DNA of 54,160 bases. Source: Toensbergia leucococca (taxonomy: Eukaryota). The notes beneath the pieces are model-generated. The model saw nothing but the letters and a program-made list of their open reading frames with translations. It had not been told where the DNA came from and made no database searches. Positions 46,903-54,160 of the stretch are shown here, piece after piece (the first letter of the stretch is position 1; every line of letters starts with the position of its first letter). Both the position numbers and the translations under genes were made by a program. Where the stretch lies: assembly GCA_022813965.1 (NCBI GenBank), contig JALDZS010000028.1, positions 124,001-178,160 on the forward strand, written 5' to 3'.

Positions 46903-47792
46903 AGATGTTGGGGTGGTCTGATTGAGCTAGTCGTGCCAATAGCCTAATACAAAGCAAGTTCCTTGACCCTTTATTCGCTTTCCTAATTTTCTTCCTCTAA
47001 AGAGTCCCGTTGCTTTACATACCCCCCATTATCTTCGCCGCACGTGTCCAGTCAAGGAGTATGAGACCTGAAACAGATCTCGCGCTGAAGACACCATTTC
47101 GCGAAAGTCGGCTGCCATTGATTCCTTCTCTCATCAGGAGTATAACCTTACCCAAAGAGATTGCACTCCAGCTTTCAATAGATTGACCAGGTCATTGATG
47201 GCCGGAAAGTTTTCCTCATCAATCTATCCATTTCGATGTCCATGCTATCTCCATCATCATACATCGTGGGCCTATACATCTGGCCTCAATGCTCAAATTG
47301 AGAGAATGTGTCCCTCGGCTTGGGTGGCCGACAAATCGAGAGTCTCAAAAACGCCGGCAGTCGTCTTTTGTTTGGTTCGGGGACTGATTAACCTGTTGAG
47401 TTGTGGGGCGGTATCCGTAAGGATACGGAAGTTACGAAGCAGTTGTCATTGGCTTTTCTAGAGAGCCTTCGTCCCCTTGAAGTCCTGGAACGCACACAGT
47501 AACGAAAGGAACATTTCATAGTACCCAAAAGTGCCGATGCGGTAACGATACGAGAGAAAGAAAGGATAATCCATGTCTACTCCTCCGTGGCTGCATCCCC
47601 GATGCACTTGCCCTTCTCTCTTCTCCTTCAGGAACGTGATGAACGTTCCCCCCGGGCGCCCTCGCTTCCCACCAGCTGTACAGCCATTGTGCAGTGAGTG
47701 TGAAGCGGAAAGGTGTCGCGATGGCAGATCAGAAGCCACCCACGGCGTGAAGATGAAGTATGTACGCATATATGTATGTATAATCACAGCTC

Positions 47793-49556
47793 CTATAGCA
47801 TGAACACAAATTTCTCCATCTCTTTCCCTCCATACTCTCCTTCTTCCTCGTCCTTAACAGCCTCATACGCAATCTCAATTCCCCTATTCTTCCTCGCCAA
47901 ATATACTCTTAGTCCCAACGCCAACACCCCTACCCCAAACATAAACCCCGCACAAACCGCCATGCCCTTGACATAATAGGGCGCATCTCTATCAGGATAA
48001 AGCCTTGTGCCGACTAGCGGGCCCATCTGCCCGATAATATTTAGCATGGCAACCCCGGTACCTTTTTTAGAGTCAGAGTCCTGGTTGTTGATCGTCCAGG
48101 TTATGATGATGGTAATTGCGGAGAAGAATCCCGCGGCGGCTGGGTAGATACCTGCGTAGCGCCAAGCGGCGCGAGCGTGGAGGGAGCCGGCAATGGCAAT
48201 GATGAGGTAACCGAATGTGGCGAGGAGGGCGTGGAAGCATATATAGATGCTGCGGGTGCGGTGGCGGTCGGAGAAATAGGCGGTCAAGAGGACGGCGATG
48301 AAGGCGACGAGGTATGGAGGAGCAGAGAGGGCTTGCGATGTTAGGGCTGAGTAGCCCATTCTGGAGAATATATTAGCATTGAACTCATTTTGGTATGAAG
48401 ATTTGTGTAAGTGTACTCTTTGATGATGGTGGGCAGAAATACTGGTAGAGACGAAAATGCTACGTTTGAGCAAAAGAACATTGCCTTTCAAAATGTTTTA
48501 GCATGGGATCTACTTGGATTGGATAGTAGCGCCGTACAGCAGTGAGATAGCATTTGGGATCCATGAGAGTTTGCCATATCTCTCCACAGTTCAAGCCCCT
48601 TCGACCTGCCTGACCTGCAACATGCGTTTTCTTTCTGAGCCTCAACTTGGCAACCTTTTTCTCCCTCGACGATAAATACACGGCAGTCTCAGGGCTATCT
48701 GGAATGTAGTACCAAGCAAACACAGCAACGATGACACTTGGAAAGCCTTCAACAAGAAAGAGGATCCGCCAAGGAGCGATAGGGATATACGTCCCAATCT
48801 TAGTAATGGCCCATGCCAATGTGCTGGCGAATGACGTGGCAAAAGGTGCTGCAGAAATGAAGAGTCCGGTCCGCAGAGCGAGTTCCTCGCGCTTGAAAAA
48901 GAAGGAAAGATAAAAGGGAACACCAGGCCCGAAAGCTGCCTCGGAAATACCGAGAAGGACGCGGAGAGCGCAAAGGAAAGAAAATGAAAAGGATATGGCT
49001 TGCAATGAGGCTATGAGGCCCCACGACGCTACGCAAAGGGCGATATAGATGTGTGGCGGGAAGATTCGATAGAGGAGAGTCATCCATTCAAACAGAATAT
49101 AGGCTATATAGAACGATGTAAGAAGCCATTCGTATTGTGAAGAGCTGAGCTGTAAATCGTCGGATAGGCCAGCAATTCTTGCGTTGCCAATGTCTAGATG
49201 CGATAGTCAGAATACGATATTCAAGAAGTGGGGGCCGATGGGTACACACTAGACCTATCAAGAAAGCTCAGCATATAGAGCAGGGCCATGAACGACACGA
49301 GACGACGATCGAGTTTCCTAAGTACAGCTTGTTCCTCGTCTGGTGTGTACAACATGAAGCTTTGCACCGACGAGTCGCTGGCTCTCCGGCCTGACCTAGA
49401 GGCGACAAGCTTCTCTTCTTCGTCTGAATCACTCTCCTCGGCTGAGGCGGCACCGTCATGTTTCTGAGCAAAGGTCGAGATATTCTTAAGCTCGAAGGAC
49501 TGATGAAGATGATCATGTTGATCCAACTGTGATAGCTCATAGGACGCACAGGCCAT
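47793..49556 (-). CDS. MFS transporter, ACS/allantoate-nicotinate permease family, multi-exon
   Basis: EEQAVLRKLDRR, LLYMLSFLDRS/NIGNARIAG, LLGISEAAFGPG, ELALRTGLF, PWRILFLVEG, SDRHRTRS, GQMGPLVG. Confidence 0.92.
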
Positions 49557-50372
49557 GATCACGGACCGAGAGGCTCAGCTTCAAGGACATGATGGGGAAA
49601 GAGTCGAAAGGCAGCCTATCCGTAAGGGTAACCTTATGGCAGCATGATGACTGTATCTAAGCGTTGAGGCCAGCCAGAGAGCATTCCAGATACTTGTGGC
49701 CTCGAGTCAGCCCAGCCGAATTACCGAATACATGCCAAACATTCTGGAGAAAGCTTAAATGACCTCGGCCGTAAAATGGTCGAGTTTTGATATTGACCCT
49801 ACTTGATACATTGACACCTACCTGAAGAGTACATGCTTCATTACAGAGAGAACATGCTATATTTCAAAGGTTACATGCCTTCTTGTCGACTAGAAGAACA
49901 CATTTTATTGCCCCTTTTCTGTTGTAAGATATGAACTAAGGTTTTGAAAACAGTCCTTGATGGATGCTCTACGTGTATGAGATGTAATCAATTCTTGTTC
50001 CAACCAAGGGAGTAAATGGCACGCAACCACGGTCTTGCCCAGGTCTCAAAAGTGGGTGTCAGTCTATTAGAATAGTAGTCGTTATGTAAGGCATATCTCA
50101 CACATGCAGAGCTACCTCGTTCATCATGTATAAAACTTCCAAGCATGCTGATATCAGGCATCATTTCTACCTCACGATAATTCTCGTTGAGAGACCCCGC
50201 TCTCCCGCTCTTCACTTTCCAACCCTATCCTCTGCCAAAATACTTGGACTTTAGCTTGATCCTGCAGCTCAGGAAGTACATCAGTGAATCCTTTCTCCTG
50301 AGCTATCTCGCCTGTTCTCTTGGAGAAGTCAGCAGCCGTTGGTCTCTTTTCCTTATCGGCTTATTGGAACAT

Positions 50373-51217
50373 TTATTCACCTGGCTTAGGAATTCGTATC
50401 GCCTGAGTCCACTTATCTTGCACCCAATCTTTGCTGTGAAATTTGACCTTCGATGAGGAAGGCTTATTGCTCACTGCTGCGTCTCCTAACAGATCTTTAG
50501 GTGTCTCCACCAGTCCTGGCATATCGACTGTCGTGTCATTGCATCTACCTGCATGGCTGTATTTCAGGCCTTCATGACAAATCATGATTCCCCTGTCACC
50601 CAATGGTTGAACATTGGGCAAACCAATGCAAAGAGGACAAGAAAAATCAGTGGCTATGACAGACTTGGCTTGCTGAGTCAGGTCAAATCTTCGAGATTCG
50701 TTCACCGTCGGTCTGGAGATGAGTGTTTTGAAGTTTGCATTTGTAGTAAGCTTTCTTACATCTTTACTGTGCTTCCTGCTTACTGATAATTCGTCCCCGT
50801 CACTTAATCCGGGGGAGAGATGATGTTCTGACAAAGCCGCTTCGTTTCCTGGATTTCTACCAGATGGAATACCGCTACCATTTCGAATTGGGCCAAGATC
50901 GCTGTTTCTGGTAATCCCTTCATTCTTCTTCCGCTTCTTCTGAACCTCTTCTATCTTTTCGGTATTTCCGTGGAAGGGTGTGCCATGGGTACCAATGAGC
51001 GTGCCACTCTCAATCGCTCGTCGAAGGCGAGTATAGCGCATTCGAGCGGCCGGAGGCTTGAGACTAGTAACGTCTCCAACAGCATTGAAGTCAATCTGTC
51101 ATGGTCAACAAAATACTCCCTCTCTACAAGAACGAAACTTACCGATTTGTAGTCTGAGTCCTGCAGGCATATGTAAAGGAACCAGAGGTTTTCATCCAAC
51201 TGGATCTTTGAAGGCAT
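50373..51217 (-). CDS. Fungal Myb/SANT-like domain protein (hypothetical)
   Basis: Exons 51217-51143 and 51095-50373 join in frame. NLWFLYICL...IDFNAVG..TSLKPPAARMRYTRLRRAIE HTH-like motif followed by a disordered tail. Confidence 0.75.
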
Positions 51218-51679
51218 GTTTGAGCGGGATTTTGTTTCAATTTTTCGCACTGGACTTATTGTTCATGTAGCATCTCGGATTTCTCAACAGGTCCAGATCT
51301 GTATGAAACGGTCCCTCAATCCAGTTTGATCACTTGGTAAGAAGAATGCTGAATCTCAGGGTCGGAACAACTGCGGCCTAGCCTTCATAATTTGGAAGCA
51401 AGATCTTCTTGAAGCGAAGGTAATGCAGTAAAACCCACAAACAAAAGAATAACATGAAAGAGACATGCGAGGAGCCGCCGACAGCGATGCCGGCACCATT
51501 CACATTGAGATTTTCCCCTCTCCCGTCACGTAAGCTATAGACCCGTGCACTTTCTTAGGAGATCCGGTCGAAAGTCCTAAATAACTCGATGAATGGATCT
51601 TGAAAGCTTTGCCAGACCTTGCTCCTGAATGAACGCCAACGCTATACTATTGAGACCTTGGGACTGAAGCAACATAGAA

Positions 51680-52788
51680 TTACACTTTTTCTGTGATTTT
51701 CTTCACTTCAAGCTGCAGATCTGCTTGACCCTTCTGCACTTTGAATTCTGTCGATTCTTTAATGGCCTCAATGAGTACAAGACGTGCCGCAACAGCTGCC
51801 TCGACGGCTCCATCCATGAGAGTCTCAAGGCTAATCTGTCCTGGACTAGCTGTAACTGATGAACCCGGGATATCACCCTTTGCCCAGATTTCTGTTACCT
51901 CGTCACGGGACTGCAGATATCCAATAACGCAAGCAGCTTTTACATTTCGATGTTCTGATGGGCAAGGATCCAAGACGACCTGCTTGTCAACACCAAAACG
52001 AGCACCGTCTAGCTTTGGGCCTTGTCCAAAGTGGTCAGTCGTATTGGGAGCCTCACATATGATTGCTGCCACTCCACCTGAAATAAGATCGACGCAGTCG
52101 ATCCCTGCATCAGCAATGGCAGCAGATGCCACAGTAATACACGCAGAAAGGAGAGACATCATACCCCATCCACCAGTAGTCACGTTTTCGACAACTCCCT
52201 GGCTTTCCTCGTCACCCCACCAGCAATCTTCTTCGCCCTCAAGCACTGTAATAATTACATCAACGCCACTTTTTGGCCATCGTTCTCCAATTAGAACCCC
52301 ACGAAGGGCGGTCTCCAGGTGAACCGCAAGATCCCGCTCACTAGAATCACGAATATATCCTCGCCTCTGTCGTGACGCAAAGGGAGCAAACTTGACATGC
52401 GTTGAAAGAAGGATGTGTGGAGTGAAAGGGGCAGACCGTGGGAGTGGTCTCGGTCCATGAACAGTGCAAGTAAGCTTCAGACTCGATGATGAAGCTCGGA
52501 GTGACGGGCTTCTGGCGCCAGCAGCTGAAGATGGCTCAAGCTCGAAATAAGCAGAGCCCGAGGCTGATGGTGTCAGTCCTGTCTTCAAAACTGCGATGTC
52601 CGTAAAAATTAGTGATGATACCCATGGTAGGAAGGGCAAAAGGAACTAGTCGATGACCCACATATCTTTCTAAGCTCATTTGGTCCTCTTGCACGCTTTG
52701 GGCGTTCTTCAGATACACCCATTGTTGAAGCAAATACCGGCGGCGTTGTGCCGCCGATTGGCCCATTGACACGCTTCCTGTCAGTCAT
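51680..52788 (-). CDS. MTR3: Exosome complex RNase PH-like subunit Mtr3 (EXOSC6)
   Basis: Intron 52661-52591. MTDRKRVNGP start, LKTGLTPSASGSAYFE, CTVHGPRPL, VKFAPFA, RWPKSGVDVIITVLE, CITVASAAIADAGIDC. Confidence 0.85.
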
Positions 52789-52931
52789 TGTATGAGACAG
52801 GCCATTCCAAGCATGTATATTTACGCCTAGAACTCAGTAGGCAGACACGTCACGAGATCGGTAAGTGAGAAGAAAACTTTGATAGAACTTTTGTAGAATT
52901 GTAGATAGGCACGTAAAAATTCTCGAATAGG

Positions 52932-53035
52932 TGATGATGATGATGATGATGAAATTATATTACTGTCCCAGCGACCGTAGGTCGCTATGCAGACTCAACT
53001 ATCTACTAGTTACCCTATACCTATTGAGGTAATCT
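52932..53035 (-). mobile_element. 3' terminus of a LINE/SINE-like retroelement (5'-truncated)
   Basis: The minus strand ends in a stem-loop AGCGACC-TAC-GGTCGCT, then TAATATAATT and a (TCA)7 tail. This architecture is typical of Tad/CgT1-type non-LTR element ends. Confidence 0.55.
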
Positions 53036-53086
53036 TACCCAAAGAGGTAATATCACCTCACTGACGTCATTACTATTACGATGCAC

Positions 53087-54160
53087 CAGGGGGCGACAAA
53101 AGTCATTGCCGGTCCGTGCGTTTTACCTCAGCCCACCATAACAATCGTTCTATTCAGTCTATTATCTATTATCTATCACAACTCACTTTTGATAGCCATA
53201 CCACCATTGAATCTAAGGGTATTACATCTATCAGGCATTTCTGCAATACATCTCTATATCTTCTTCTGAGGAATGACCTTTCACTCCTCAATAATGATCT
53301 CCTTTAGCTGTTTCTTATCCTTTTATTCCTGTTTTCTGACTCATTGCTTAAGGATGTTTCATACAGCTTCCGTGAGGTTTAGATCAGGTGACTGTGCTGA
53401 ATAATTAAGAGTCTCAATAGAATGATTCTTTCAATATCATGTGACAAGATTGTAATCTGTGATAGTATTATGACTAAAATCATTGTCTTTCTGTAGAATT
53501 ACCCAGCTATGCTTCTCTTTGACCTTTTAAATATCCTTATATAGCCTGAGAAGAAGTTGTTTTGTGTAATACTTCTGAGTCATGCTATTTTCCTTAGGTT
53601 TGACATTTACATCATGAGGAAGTTTAGCCTTGTATTTCTCATATTAAATCTTAAATTAATTCTCTGTCTTATACTGTGACTTGCATGATGATGATGACTT
53701 TCTAACTTTAACTTTTAGTAAATCATTTTCATCATTATAGAACTGCAATTTCTCTCTATCATGTTATGAGATTCAAGCTGCAATATAAAATGCAATCCCT
53801 TCAAGATCAGACATTTTCTGAAGATTCTCTGTCTCTAGCTGAGTACCCTCAGTCTGAAAAACAGTTTCTTATAATCATGCATCAGAATCTATATGAGCTT
53901 TATCAGAGAAATGTACATATTGTTAAAGACTTTTCACTGTCTTCTAAGAATGTCACTCCTTATACTCTATTCTTTTCTTCTTATTTTTTAAACTGATAAG
54001 CTTGACTTTAGCCTTCTTGAATTTATAAGCATTTTATCAGTTTATCAGTTTATCAGGTTCTAATTGAGTGTTTGAGGACATACATCAAGTTTAAAATGAT
54101 CTATTTAACACTTATAATGCTAAGACTAAACAGGATTTGTTACTTCATAAATTAGAGTAT
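53087..54160 (-). mobile_element. Hypermutated Tc1/mariner (Tc1/impala-like, DD38E) DNA transposon, truncated by window end
   Basis: Minus frame reads VHFSD(K)AH...(E)NSMTQKYY..LL...ILQ(K)DNDFSH...AQSPDLNLTEAV*NILKQ*V...EMPDRC...GGMAIKSEL**, with many transition-derived stops. A TIR-like CAGGGGGCGACAAAAGT lies at 53087. Confidence 0.9.

Overview
Eukaryotic, intron-containing DNA from a filamentous ascomycete (Pezizomycotina; a lichen-forming Lecanoromycete is a guess from gene style, not demonstrated). About 20 protein-coding loci are supported. Conserved housekeeping genes are IML1/SEA1 (3' part), GCP4, NBP35, CHO2, ARC1, MTR3, an ACS-family MFS transporter, a thioredoxin-like gene and a PNPOx-like gene. 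Other loci are a secreted GMC oxidoreductase, a GFA protein and several hypothetical proteins. The window also holds one dispersed 5S rRNA gene, a decayed adhesin-like pseudogene, and at the right edge a LINE/SINE-like 3' tail next to a hypermutated Tc1-type (DD38E) transposon. The most interesting locus is 21.9-26.9 kb: a 4-exon, ~865-aa Pol-beta-fold nucleotidyltransferase (split in two by the ORF track) is divergently oriented to a stand-alone RapZ C-terminal-domain protein with a CxxGxHRS motif, a candidate RNA-end or nucleotide-processing pair. Repeated symmetric C-rich to G-rich skew switches inside genes are also notable. All family assignments come from motif recognition by eye; no database searches were run, and exon boundaries are inferred from GT-AG, branch-site and frame consistency.
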